64,000 nucleotides of DNA from Ignavibacteriota bacterium (GTDB taxonomy: Bacteria > Bacteroidota > Ignavibacteria > UBA10030), in the NCBI GenBank assembly GCA_963727825.1, contig CAVSHO010000001.1, positions 64,001 to 128,000 of the forward strand. The letters are read 5' to 3'. Position 1 is the stretch's first letter, and each line of letters starts with the position of its first letter. Positions 53,553 through 63,798 of the stretch are shown piece after piece. The translations under genes and the position numbers were made by a program. The notes beneath the pieces were generated by a model. It did no database searches. It saw only the letters and a list, made by a program, of their open reading frames with translations, and had not been told where the DNA came from.

Positions 53553-54179
53553 TTATGCCAAATGGTTGTTTACGCTCGCAAGAATATCGGAAGTAGAAGT
53601 TTCTAAAGAAGTGCGATAATGTTCTACCTCAGTTTTAGTTTGAGCAACAAAGTCAGCATCAATTAATGAACCGAGGTTAATTTTAACATTCAACATCGCC
53701 CCTTCACACCCTGCATGCAACATCAGCGCGGCGACACCGGCATCAGAAATAGAATTTTGATTTCCCTTTTCCACAATTATTTTGACAAGTTCCATTGCTT
53801 CAATGCAAAGTCCTATGAGTCTTAGCGGAACGAGTGTAGCCATTTTTATTGCATTCTGAATTTCTACTGCACGTTTTACTTTCTGTTCTTCTGTTTCCTT
53901 TGGCAATCCATATGCCGCCATAACCTGGTCGAATGCTAAAGTGTCTTCTTCGATAATTGAATTGAACTTAGCGCGGAGGTTTTCGGATTGCTTCAGTGTT
54001 TTTTCCATTTCTACCTGCACATCAGCATATTTCCTTTTGCCGATGGTGAGTCGGCAGACCATTGAAGCAAGTGCGGCTCCAAGTGACGCAGCAACCGCAG
54101 AAACACTTCCACCGCCGGGCGCAGGAGTGTCGGACGCAATTTCATTGAGAAAGTAAGTAACAGAAAGAGAAGTAAGCAT
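53553..54179 (-). CDS. Formiminotetrahydrofolate cyclodeaminase
   Basis: PAPGGGSVSA, MVCRLT, GNQNSISDA, LNVKINL. Confidence 0.9.
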   Translation of the reverse strand: MLTSLSVTYFLNEIASDTPAPGGGSVSAVAASLGAALASMVCRLTIGKRKYADVQVEMEKTLKQSENLRAKFNSIIEEDTLAFDQVMAAYGLPKETEEQKVKRAVEIQNAIKMATLVPLRLIGLCIEAMELVKIIVEKGNQNSISDAGVAALMLHAGCEGAMLNVKINLGSLIDADFVAQTKTEVEHYRTSLETSTSDILASVNNHLA

Positions 54180-54236
54180 ATTAAATCCTATGAGCTAATA
54201 TCGCGCTTCAGCTTCGTTCACTATGAGGTGCTTAAT

Positions 54237-55259
54237 TTAAATTTGGTATTCTATGATTTTATTCTTCGTGTCGAACGGTTCAAATTGGCTTAATCCTAAT
54301 TTCTCGACAGCGAGTGCAACATATTCTTGCTCAGTAAGTATTTTTTTATCTGAGTAATACTTTCCCGCCTTCAACATTGCAGCAAGCGGTGTCAACCCAA
54401 CAATTTCGCTTCCGGTAACGCCGATGTCGAGTGCTTGCGCTTGCTTTTTGACTTCTTCAAAAGCTTCGTGAATAGAAGTAATTTCAAAATCTACTAAATT
54501 AATAGAAACTTGAGCGATATTGAATCGCCCCAGGAAAACTCCAAGAGCTTTCACGGCTTTAAGCGTGCCCGGAATTTTTATTGTTTCGCCATTTTCATTC
54601 TTTATCGGATTATCAAATTCATCTTTCAATACGCGGCCGCTTTCACGGATTCGCATTGCAATTTCATGTGCTAACGCAATGTCTTTTGTATTTAGATTGA
54701 CGTTGTACGCGATGAGAATACTTCTCGCTCCGGTGACAGTAGCGCCGGACTTTGAATTAAAAACTGGTTCACCATAATCTGGTTTCCACGCAGGGTCTTT
54801 CAGTTTCACGATTAGACCCTCATATTCGCCTCTGCGGATGTCAGAAAGATTTTTTCTATAATGTAAGCGAGATGCAAATTCATATAAATAAATTGGAATG
54901 TTCAGCTCAGATGCAACACGCCTGCCATAAATATTGGCAAGCTGCACACAATCACTCATTGAAACGCCGCTAATTGGGACAAATGGAACTACATCTGCAG
55001 CGCCGATACGAGGATGTTCACCTTTGTGCCGAGCCATATCGATATGTTCAGTCGCAACTTTTGTCGCTTGGAAAGCCGCTTCCAGCACGGCGCCTGGTTC
55101 ACCAATGAATGTTATTACTGTTCGATTGTAATCTTTATCCGGTTCAACATTTAGCAAACGAACGTTAGGCACATTTTGCACACTCGCGCCAATGGCATGG
55201 ATTGTCTCCTGATTTCGACCTTCGCTAAAATTAGGAACACATTCTACAAGTTTTCGCAT
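54237..55259 (-). CDS. ftcD: Glutamate formiminotransferase
   Basis: ECVPNFSEGR, YNRTV, GEHPRIGAADVVPF, RRGEYEG, AYNVNL, GSEIVGL. Confidence 0.92.
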   Translation of the reverse strand: MRKLVECVPNFSEGRNQETIHAIGASVQNVPNVRLLNVEPDKDYNRTVITFIGEPGAVLEAAFQATKVATEHIDMARHKGEHPRIGAADVVPFVPISGVSMSDCVQLANIYGRRVASELNIPIYLYEFASRLHYRKNLSDIRRGEYEGLIVKLKDPAWKPDYGEPVFNSKSGATVTGARSILIAYNVNLNTKDIALAHEIAMRIRESGRVLKDEFDNPIKNENGETIKIPGTLKAVKALGVFLGRFNIAQVSINLVDFEITSIHEAFEEVKKQAQALDIGVTGSEIVGLTPLAAMLKAGKYYSDKKILTEQEYVALAVEKLGLSQFEPFDTKNKIIEYQI

Positions 55260-55276
55260 ATTGAATTCTTTCTAAA

Positions 55277-56542
55277 TTAAAAATCCAAATATGTTCCGCG
55301 TTTGATAACTTTAGCGACGTGGTTTGTTCCAAAATGATAAGCAAGATACCGATAGCTTGGAACATCGTAAAGCACAATGTCTGCTTGTTTGCCGATTTCA
55401 ATGCTGCCAAGTTTCTCTGACAGTCCAAGAGCAGCCGCTCCGTTGAGCGTGGAAGCGGTAATAGTTTCTTCCGGCGTCATTGACATTTGCGTGCAGGCAA
55501 TTGTCATCATCAATGGCATGCAATAAGACATACAAGTACCAGGATTGAAATTTGATGCAATCGCTAGCGGAATACCAGCATCAATAATCTTCCTCGCGGG
55601 CGAATAATCGCAGTGAAGGAAGAACGAAACGCCGGGAAGAATGGTTGCAATAGTTCCGGATTGTTTTAATGCAGCAATTCCTTCATCGTTGATCTGCTCA
55701 AGATGGTCGGCAGAGATCGCTCCCATTTCTGCTGCAAGTTTCGATGCGCCAATCTGCGTTAGCTGATCTGCATGAATTTTTATGTTCATACCAAGCGATT
55801 TAGCTGTTTTAAAAATTCTCCTGCATTGTTCAACAGAAAAATATCCTTGCTCGCAAAAAGCATCGCAGAATTTTGCAAGTTTGCGCTGCGCAATGTAAGG
55901 AAGCATCCGTGTGCAAATGAGATCAACATAACCGTCGGAATTGTTCTTGAATTCCGGTGGTACTGCGTGAGCTCCGAGAAATGTCGATGTAATGTCCATT
56001 AGACATTCGTCGGCAAGCTCATTTATCGCTTCCAGTATTCTAATTTCATCTTTTTCGCTCAATCCGTACCCGGATTTAATTTCTACAGTTGTTGTTCCCT
56101 CCGTGAGCATTGCATCCAGATGCCGGTGAGCGAGTTTCTTCAATTCCTTTTTAGTTGCGGTTCGTGTTGCGTTAACAGTATTGAGAATTCCTCCGCCAGC
56201 TTGTGCAATCTCCTGATATGTTTTTTCACGAAGCGATGGATTCCCACCTTCAGCTCGCAATGCAAACTCATTTTCTCGTGTTCCAGCAAAAATCAAATGC
56301 GTATGTGAATCTACAAACCCAGGCAGTCCAACCAAATCTGTAGCATCAATAATGTCGATATTTTCATTCAATGTTTGCGTGAATTCGGCGTTTCGACCAA
56401 TCCCTTTGAAGGTTCCGTTTTCAATTAATACAGTTGCGTTTTCGATAATGCCGAGATCACGCATTTCTTTGCCGGATTTGAACGGCATGCCATTCGCGCG
56501 GACAGTAACGAGTTGCTTGATATTTTTTATGAGAAGATTCAT
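55277..56542 (-). CDS. hutI: Imidazolonepropionase
   Basis: PGFVDSHTH, EIKSGYG, AHA, FCE, HADQ, SADHL, FNPG. Confidence 0.95.
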   Translation of the reverse strand: MNLLIKNIKQLVTVRANGMPFKSGKEMRDLGIIENATVLIENGTFKGIGRNAEFTQTLNENIDIIDATDLVGLPGFVDSHTHLIFAGTRENEFALRAEGGNPSLREKTYQEIAQAGGGILNTVNATRTATKKELKKLAHRHLDAMLTEGTTTVEIKSGYGLSEKDEIRILEAINELADECLMDITSTFLGAHAVPPEFKNNSDGYVDLICTRMLPYIAQRKLAKFCDAFCEQGYFSVEQCRRIFKTAKSLGMNIKIHADQLTQIGASKLAAEMGAISADHLEQINDEGIAALKQSGTIATILPGVSFFLHCDYSPARKIIDAGIPLAIASNFNPGTCMSYCMPLMMTIACTQMSMTPEETITASTLNGAAALGLSEKLGSIEIGKQADIVLYDVPSYRYLAYHFGTNHVAKVIKRGTYLDF

Positions 56543-56632
56543 AAAATATTATTTTCTATTGATAGCAAGAAAAGAAGATAATGCTTTGGAATCAAGCCAA
56601 CGCACTAACAGAGTCAAGCCATTGTAAAGTGA

Positions 56633-58294
56633 TTAAAATTTTATCATAGGAACATTAATTGACCATTTCTTTGCATTATCAATTGCACGTTTGTATCCAG
56701 CATCAGCGTGGCGAATAATACCTAAACCGGGATCGTATGTCAATACTCTTTGCAATCTCGCTTCTGCTTCTTTGGTTCCATCGGCGACAACAACCATTCC
56801 AGCGTGGATAGATAAACCGATGCCAACTCCGCCGCCGTGGTGAACACTTACCCAGCTTGCACCGCCCGTTGCATTAAGAAGTGCATTAAGGATTGGCCAA
56901 TCTGCGATAGCGTCACTACCGTCAAGCATTTTTTCTGTTTCACGATTTGGCGACGCAACGCTGCCGCAATCGAGGTGGTCACGGCCAATGACGATAGGAG
57001 CTTTTACTTCTCCATTGGCAACAAGATCGTTGAAGATCTTTCCCATTTTTGCTCGTTCACCATACCCAAGCCAGCAGATGCGTGCCGGTAATCCCTGAAA
57101 CTCGACTTCCTTTTGAGCCTTATTAATCCAAGTGCATAACTGTTTATTCTGCGGAAATGTTTCCATCACTGCTTGGTCTGTGCGATAGATGTCTTCTGGA
57201 TCGCCTGAAAGAGCAACCCAACGGAATGGACCTTTGCCATCGCAGAAGAGTGGACGAATATATTCGGGCACAAAGCCGGGAATATCAAACGCCTTCTTCA
57301 CGCCATTTGCCAATGCTTCGCCGCGGATATTATTCCCATAGTCGAAAACAATGGCACCTTTCTGCTTCAGTTTCAACAAACCTTTCATATGATCAACGAT
57401 GGATGCTTTGGCGAGTGCAATGTATTTTTGAGGATCCTTTTTTCGAAGTTCGAGCGCTTTTGTATAAAGCATACCTGCAGGCACATAGCCGTTCAGGGTA
57501 TCGTGTGCAGATGTTTGATCGGTAACGATATCGGGCAGGAATTTCCCTGCCGCAATCTTTGGAATGATCTCTGCTGCATTCCCGAGTAGACCTACAGATA
57601 GAGGAATTTTCTTTTCTTTTGCCGCGCGAACTTGTGCGAGAGCATCATCAAGATTATTTGTCATTGTGTCTAAATAACTTGTCTCAAGGCGACGCTTGAT
57701 ACGATGCAGATCGACCTCAACAACAAGACAGGCGGCTCCGTTCATTGTTGCGGCGAGCGGCTGCGCTCCTCCCATACCGCCAAGGCCTGCGGTGAGCAAG
57801 AATTTGCCGGCAAGATTTTTTCCGAAATGTTTCGCTGCAGCTGCAGCAAATGTTTCGAATGTCCCTTGCAAAATCCCCTGCGTACCTATGTAAATCCAGC
57901 TTCCTGCTGTCATTTGTCCGTACATTGTCAGACCAAGTCCTTCAAGCCGGCGGAATTCTTCCCACGTTGCCCACTTTGGTACAAGCATAGAATTGCTGAT
58001 GAGAACGCGCGGTGCGTTTTCATGCGTCTTGAAGATGCCGACTGGCTTGCCGGATTGGACAAGCAATGTTTCATCATTCTCTAAATTCTTTAGGCTTTCA
58101 ACAATCGCATCGAAGCATTGCCAATTGCGGGCAGCCTTTCCTGTGCCGCCATAAACTATCAACTCCTGTGGTTTCTCGGCAACTTCCGGATCGAGATTGT
58201 TCATGAGCATCCGTAAAGCGGCTTCCTGAATCCAGCCCTTGCAGGTGAGTCGCATGCCGCGTGGTGCACGAATATTATGTCGTTTTAATTTCAT
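56633..58294 (-). CDS. hutU: Urocanate hydratase
   Basis: [50 protein letters not shown]. Confidence 0.98.
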   Translation of the reverse strand: MKLKRHNIRAPRGMRLTCKGWIQEAALRMLMNNLDPEVAEKPQELIVYGGTGKAARNWQCFDAIVESLKNLENDETLLVQSGKPVGIFKTHENAPRVLISNSMLVPKWATWEEFRRLEGLGLTMYGQMTAGSWIYIGTQGILQGTFETFAAAAAKHFGKNLAGKFLLTAGLGGMGGAQPLAATMNGAACLVVEVDLHRIKRRLETSYLDTMTNNLDDALAQVRAAKEKKIPLSVGLLGNAAEIIPKIAAGKFLPDIVTDQTSAHDTLNGYVPAGMLYTKALELRKKDPQKYIALAKASIVDHMKGLLKLKQKGAIVFDYGNNIRGEALANGVKKAFDIPGFVPEYIRPLFCDGKGPFRWVALSGDPEDIYRTDQAVMETFPQNKQLCTWINKAQKEVEFQGLPARICWLGYGERAKMGKIFNDLVANGEVKAPIVIGRDHLDCGSVASPNRETEKMLDGSDAIADWPILNALLNATGGASWVSVHHGGGVGIGLSIHAGMVVVADGTKEAEARLQRVLTYDPGLGIIRHADAGYKRAIDNAKKWSINVPMIKF

Positions 58295-58381
58295 AACGCC
58301 GCCTTTCGATAATTACGAAAGTGGTACACAACTTGATGTGGCCTCTAAAGTTTCAAATCAGAAATCTAAGAAACTGCGAGA

Positions 58382-58864
58382 CTATAATTTATACCCGATC
58401 TTCCGTAAAAAATCTTTACGCCATTTAATATCGCTCTCGGTCTCTATACCTCTTGATTTTTCGCCATCGATGATGCCGAGAATGCCGCGGCCTTGCTCGG
58501 TTTCTGCAATTATTACTTCTACAGGATTTGCAGTAGCGCAGAAAATGTTGCAGACTTCCGGAAGATTCTTTATCGCATTAAGAATATTTATCGGAAAACC
58601 ATTTTCTACAAATAAAATGAAGCAGTGCCCGCAGGAAAGTGACAGGGCATTCTTCTTTGCTATCTCAATGAGTGCATCGTCGTTGCCGGTCCAGCGGACA
58701 AGTGCCATACCGGATGATTCGCAGAACCCAAGGCCGAATTTCATCTGCGGATTTGTTTGCACGATGGCTTCGTGAATATCTTCCACTGTTTTAATGAAAT
58801 GCGATTGCCCGAGAATAAAATTAGTTGCTTCCGGCTTTTCAATTTTGATTGTTTTTAATTCCAT
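58382..58864 (-). CDS. DUF355 adenosine-specific kinase family protein (PAE2307-like)
   Basis: N.ILGQSHFIKTVED, FCESSG, GHCF, CATANP, QGRGILGIIDG, LRKIGYK. Confidence 0.88.
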   Translation of the reverse strand: MELKTIKIEKPEATNFILGQSHFIKTVEDIHEAIVQTNPQMKFGLGFCESSGMALVRWTGNDDALIEIAKKNALSLSCGHCFILFVENGFPINILNAIKNLPEVCNIFCATANPVEVIIAETEQGRGILGIIDGEKSRGIETESDIKWRKDFLRKIGYKL

Positions 58865-58892
58865 TTGTTTTCCTCAAATTATGTATAAAAGA

Positions 58893-59369
58893 TTAAACTA
58901 TTGTTTCTACAGGTATCAGAAACTTTAATAATCCAGTGCCTTGATGAATTGGAATTGATATATCCACTAATGCTAAACTGCATTTTTTCATTTCTATCTC
59001 AGGGCTTCGATTTTCATCAATAAGCAATGAGATTGCTTCAGATAAATATGGCTCGTGTCCGACTAGAAGCACCGACGATACTTTAAGTTTATTAAGCTGC
59101 TTGAATAGCTGCCGTGGATCAGAACCGTTTAACAATAATTCGCTGTAAACAATCTGCTTCTTATTGATGTTTGATAAGACAATAGATGTAGTATCTTGTG
59201 CGCGTTTGAGTGGACTTGAGAACGCTACATCAATAACAACATTTATTCGTTGGAGAAGTGTACTGATGAGCGTTGCTTGATGCCTACCAAGATCAGTAAG
59301 CGGGCGTTCGCTGTCGTCAATTCGCGAATCGGAAGAAGCGTCGCCGTGTCGGAGGAAGTAAATATGCAT
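58893..59369 (-). CDS. sixA: Phosphohistidine phosphatase SixA
   Basis: LRHGDA, ERPLT..G, SSP..RA..T, LLVGHEP; start MHIYF. Confidence 0.9.
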   Translation of the reverse strand: MHIYFLRHGDASSDSRIDDSERPLTDLGRHQATLISTLLQRINVVIDVAFSSPLKRAQDTTSIVLSNINKKQIVYSELLLNGSDPRQLFKQLNKLKVSSVLLVGHEPYLSEAISLLIDENRSPEIEMKKCSLALVDISIPIHQGTGLLKFLIPVETIV

Positions 59370-59431
59370 AGTCGTGTTACCAGAATTCTGGAAACCACTG
59401 TGCAAACCGAAAGAGCAGATTGAAAGCTCTG

Positions 59432-60811
59432 CTATGGTTTCGTCAAATTGTATTGTTGAATTTTTGTGTAAAGAGTTTTAAGACTGATGCCAAGAATTTG
59501 CGATGCTGTGTTTTTATTCCAACCGACAGTTTTAAGGACGCCTGCAATGTGAAATTTTTCGATTTCGTGTATCGAAACTGCACTTCCGATTTGTGGACCG
59601 CTTGTCGCAGTGGTAGTTTCTTTGATTAGACTTGCGCGTTTACCGATGGGGAGAGCTATGTCTTCAATGCAAATAAGATTTTCTTTACACAGAATGCTGG
59701 CACGTTCGATTACATTTTCTAATTCGCGCACATTGCCGGGCCAATCATATTTCATTAGAAGCTCCAGTGCCTTTGGTTCAATCATTTTCAATTCATGTGG
59801 ACGCACGCGATTCTTCAAAAAATAATCCACGAGTAGAGGAATGTCTTCCGATCTTTCTCGCAATGAAGGTACCGACAGCGTAATGACATTAATACGATAT
59901 AACAAGTCCTCGCGGAATTTTCCAGTACCGATTTCGTCATGTAAATCTTTATTCGTAGCAGAAATCACGCGTACATCTGATTTAAAATTCTTATTGCCGC
60001 CTACACGCCTATACTCACCTGTTTGTAGGAAGCGCAAAAGTTTTGGTTGAATCATTAAACTAATCTCGCCGATTTCATCGAGGAAGAGTGTGCCGCCATT
60101 TGCAATTTCAACAATACCCTGCTTCATTGCATGTGCATCGGTGAAAGCGCCCTTCTCATGACCAAATAATTCGCTTTCAAGCAAATTCTCCGGAATAGAT
60201 GCACAATTCAATGCAACGAACTGCTGGTCTTTACGCGAACTATTTTTGTGCAGGAAATTAGCGACAAGTTCTTTGCCCGTGCCGCTTGCACCCTGAATGA
60301 GAACAGGCGAATCGGTTGGCGCAACTTTGGCGGCTATATTCAGCAATTCTAACATCGGTTTGCTTTCACCAACAATATTGCCTGCGAATGTATGGCGCGC
60401 AAGTTCAGACTTTAAGACCTTGTTTTCGAGACTGAGACGCTTACGCTCCATTGCGTGTTCAATAACAGCAAGAAGTTCGTCTCCTGCATAGGGTTTCGTG
60501 ATGTAGCTGTATGCGCCTAATTGCATGCACTCGACTGCGATTTTCACATCGTGCACACCTGTAAGCATAATGACCTGCGTATCGAAGGAATGATCGCGTA
60601 TAAACTTCAACACTTCCACTCCATCAACGCGTGGAAGTTTAACATCCAGCAGAACGAGATCAAATATATGCTGCTGCAGGGCGTTAATGGCAAGAACGCC
60701 ATCTTTCGCAACTTCAACCCTGTATCCTTCTTGAGTGAGCAATACCTGAATGACTTGAAGGAACGATTCCTCGTCATCGACTGTAAGGATGGAAATAGAT
60801 TCGTTTTTCAT
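59432..60811 (-). CDS. Sigma54-dependent response regulator (NtrC family)
   Basis: REC, GASGTGKE, ESELFGHEKGAFTDA, FLDEIGE, WPGNVREL, HTH. Confidence 0.93.
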   Translation of the reverse strand: MKNESISILTVDDEESFLQVIQVLLTQEGYRVEVAKDGVLAINALQQHIFDLVLLDVKLPRVDGVEVLKFIRDHSFDTQVIMLTGVHDVKIAVECMQLGAYSYITKPYAGDELLAVIEHAMERKRLSLENKVLKSELARHTFAGNIVGESKPMLELLNIAAKVAPTDSPVLIQGASGTGKELVANFLHKNSSRKDQQFVALNCASIPENLLESELFGHEKGAFTDAHAMKQGIVEIANGGTLFLDEIGEISLMIQPKLLRFLQTGEYRRVGGNKNFKSDVRVISATNKDLHDEIGTGKFREDLLYRINVITLSVPSLRERSEDIPLLVDYFLKNRVRPHELKMIEPKALELLMKYDWPGNVRELENVIERASILCKENLICIEDIALPIGKRASLIKETTTATSGPQIGSAVSIHEIEKFHIAGVLKTVGWNKNTASQILGISLKTLYTKIQQYNLTKP

Positions 60812-60835
60812 AATATATTCAGAATAAGAAAGCGT

Positions 60836-61942
60836 TTATCGGATGGGAAGTGCGAAATAGAATGTGGCCCCTTTGCCGACTTCCGATTCGACCCAAATTT
60901 TTCCGTTATGTGCTTCAATTATTCGCTGCGAAATGACGAGTCCAAGCCCGGACAATTTTTCTTTATTTGATTTATCAGAGACGAGATCGCGATAACGATC
61001 AAAAATTAACGGTAGTTCTTCCGGTGGAATGCCGGTACCGCTATTAAATACTGAAATCATTACATGCTCAGTCGGCTGTTGTCCTTCTTCCAGCACAAGA
61101 GCAACTTTGCGCACTTGCACAACGATTGCGCCTTGATGAGGTGTATGAGCAACGGCATTGCTCAAGAAATTTTTTATCACTTGTTCGATTTTTTCGGAAT
61201 CATATTCAAGCGATGGTAAATCAGGCTCGGCGTAGAAATCTAAAGTGATGTTGCTTGATTGAATTGGAACATTGAATTCTTGTGTTATATTTTGCGCCGA
61301 CGTTCCAAGACTGCTGATGCCTTTATTCAATCGTACGCGCCCGCCTTCAAGTTTTGTCAAGTCCATCATATCGGTTAAAAGATTTATCACTTTATCGATA
61401 GATGTAGTCATATAACCAAGCAATTCTTTCTGATGATCGCCGAGCGAACCAGCCATTCCCTTGAGCAAGTAGCCGATGCTTTGTCGAAGGCCGGCGATAG
61501 GATTGTGGAGATCATAGAGTAGGCGCGCAGTGTGTTCCGATTGCAAGCGGTGGATTCGGTCTTCGGCATCACGTGCGCGGATAATTCCTTTAAGTTGAGG
61601 TACAAGTTGGTCCATATCGATGGGCTTAGTGAGGTACTCTTTGGCGCCAAGCTTCATCGCTTCAACCGCCATACTAACATCGCTCATTCCCGTCATCATG
61701 ACGACTTCCGTTTGAGCTGAATTCTTTTTAATGTAGCGTAGAACTTCCAAACCATTGGCGCCAGGCATTTTAATATCGAGAATGGCAATATCAAAGTCCT
61801 TCTCTTGTACTTTCTTTATCGCTTCTACCCCATCGGCTGCTTGTTCGACATCGAATCCTTCATCAACAAGCCATGCGGCGACTGTCATACGAAGCGGATC
61901 TTCGTCATCGGCGATGAGAACTTGAATTTTTTCTTCACTCAT
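60836..61942 (-). CDS. REC + degenerate histidine-kinase-like protein
   Basis: Intact N-terminal REC; H-box LYDLHNP, G1 FNSGTGI, G2 LSGLGL. Confidence 0.85.
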   Translation of the reverse strand: MSEEKIQVLIADDEDPLRMTVAAWLVDEGFDVEQAADGVEAIKKVQEKDFDIAILDIKMPGANGLEVLRYIKKNSAQTEVVMMTGMSDVSMAVEAMKLGAKEYLTKPIDMDQLVPQLKGIIRARDAEDRIHRLQSEHTARLLYDLHNPIAGLRQSIGYLLKGMAGSLGDHQKELLGYMTTSIDKVINLLTDMMDLTKLEGGRVRLNKGISSLGTSAQNITQEFNVPIQSSNITLDFYAEPDLPSLEYDSEKIEQVIKNFLSNAVAHTPHQGAIVVQVRKVALVLEEGQQPTEHVMISVFNSGTGIPPEELPLIFDRYRDLVSDKSNKEKLSGLGLVISQRIIEAHNGKIWVESEVGKGATFYFALPIR

Positions 61943-62190
61943 AAGCGATCGCTTTTGCTGGGTGACACACCTTCCCTATCAGCGCATTCTAATTGTCGAA
62001 TACAGCATCCAATCTGGAAAAATCTAGTATCAAGAAGCGCCAATTTTGTAATTTCTACTAACGGAAATAATAACCAGATTCGCTTGAAAAGTCAATTGCT
62101 TTCTCCTCTTTTGGCTATATAGAAGGGTTGAAATTGACATCAAGCACTACTACATTAGAGTACGAACTTCTATCAATCGATCGGTTTACA

Positions 62191-63762
62191 ATGAAAACCC
62201 ACATTCTCGATGGCAGCCAGCTTACTATTCCTGAAGTATTTAACCTTGCGAATAAAACCGCCCGTGCGAAATTAAATTCAACTGCGAAGCAAAAAATCTT
62301 GCGAGCGAGAAAACTTGTGGACGGGTGGACAAACACCGGTGAAGTAGTGTATGGTGTAACAACCGGTTTTGGAGAATTTGCCAATGTGTTGATAAATGCG
62401 GAAGATATTGAACAACTTCAAGAAAATCTGATTTTCAGCCATGCTGCAGGCGCCGGCGATCCGTTACCGGAAGAAGTGGTGCGAGCAATGATGGCATTAC
62501 GGGTTAATGCATTGGCAAAAGGATTTTCAGGGATACGGCTTTCGACGGTAGAATTATTAATAGAAATGTTAAATCGCGATATTATTCCGGTAATCCCTTC
62601 ACAAGGATCTGTCGGTGCAAGCGGCGATCTCGTTCAGCTTGCACATTTGGTGTTGGCAATGATGGGGAAGGGAAAAATAAATCCTAAGGGAAATGGAAAA
62701 AGTATAAGAGATAAGTTTATTGATTCGAGTGTAGTACTTCGGAAGAATGGGCTACGGCCGATCCATCTAACTGCGAAGGAAGGGCTTGCGCTCATCAATG
62801 GTACGCAAATGATGACAGCATACGCCGCGCTGGCAGTTCATCAAGCGAAACTTTTAGCAAAGATCGCAGATATTGCTGCTTCGATTAGCGTGGAGGCGCT
62901 ACGCGGAAGTGACACCGCATTTGATGAACGAATTCATCGGCTTCGTCCTTACAAAGGTCAATTGGCAGTTGCAAAGAATATGCGGAGATTAATGTACGGC
63001 AGCGAATTGCGTGAGTCTCATAGGCACAACGATACGCGTGTGCAAGATGCATATTCGATGCGATGTATTCCACAAGTGCATGGAGCTTCGCGCGATGCAA
63101 TCGATTATGTATACGATAAAGTTTCCATAGAAATAAATTCTGCGAACGACAATCCCCTTATATTTCCGGAAGATGGTATTCATCTTGAGGGCGGCAACTT
63201 TCATGGTCAGCCAATTGCGCTGGCAATGGATTTCCTTGCAATTGCGTTATCAGAACTCGCAAATATTTCTGAACGGCGCATTGAGCGATTAGTAAATGGT
63301 TCGCTCAGTGGTTTGCCGCGTTTTCTGACTCCCGATGGCGGATTGAATTCCGGTCTGATGATTGCGCAGTATACAGCCGCTTCACTAGTTTCAGAAAATA
63401 AAGTACTTGCGCATCCGGCGAGTGTAGATTCTATTCCGACTTCCGCAAATCAAGAGGATCACAATAGCATGGGTTCTATCAGTGCGCAGAAAGCATGGCG
63501 TGTACTAAAAAATGCACAGACAGTTCTTGCCATCGAATTGTTATGCGCCTGTCAGGGAATGGATTTCGCAAGAATATTGGAAGACAAGAGACCACTCAAA
63601 GCTGGTGCGGGAACGGAAGTGGCATATCAATTTGTTAGGAAGCGTATTAAGCATCTTGATCGAGATCGAGTGCTTTACAATGATATTCAAAAGACGTTAA
63701 GATTAGTTTTAGATGGAAGCATTCTCCCCGTAGTGGAAAAGAAAACTGGAAAACTGGATTGA
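62191..63762 (+). CDS. hutH: Histidine ammonia-lyase
   Basis: YGVTTGFG, GSVGASGDL (MIO), KEGLALING, QDAYSMRC, GGNFHGQP, NQEDH.SMG; start MKTH. Confidence 0.97.
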   Translation: MKTHILDGSQLTIPEVFNLANKTARAKLNSTAKQKILRARKLVDGWTNTGEVVYGVTTGFGEFANVLINAEDIEQLQENLIFSHAAGAGDPLPEEVVRAMMALRVNALAKGFSGIRLSTVELLIEMLNRDIIPVIPSQGSVGASGDLVQLAHLVLAMMGKGKINPKGNGKSIRDKFIDSSVVLRKNGLRPIHLTAKEGLALINGTQMMTAYAALAVHQAKLLAKIADIAASISVEALRGSDTAFDERIHRLRPYKGQLAVAKNMRRLMYGSELRESHRHNDTRVQDAYSMRCIPQVHGASRDAIDYVYDKVSIEINSANDNPLIFPEDGIHLEGGNFHGQPIALAMDFLAIALSELANISERRIERLVNGSLSGLPRFLTPDGGLNSGLMIAQYTAASLVSENKVLAHPASVDSIPTSANQEDHNSMGSISAQKAWRVLKNAQTVLAIELLCACQGMDFARILEDKRPLKAGAGTEVAYQFVRKRIKHLDRDRVLYNDIQKTLRLVLDGSILPVVEKKTGKLD

Positions 63763-63798
63763 TGAAATAGTTATTACAATTAAACAGAAAGACGATTT

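Noticed and set aside
54180-54239. Stop-codon readthrough fusing formiminotransferase and cyclodeaminase (same frame)
   Set aside because: The spacer has a second in-frame stop (TAG) and the downstream gene has its own RBS-like AGGA; split genes are common.
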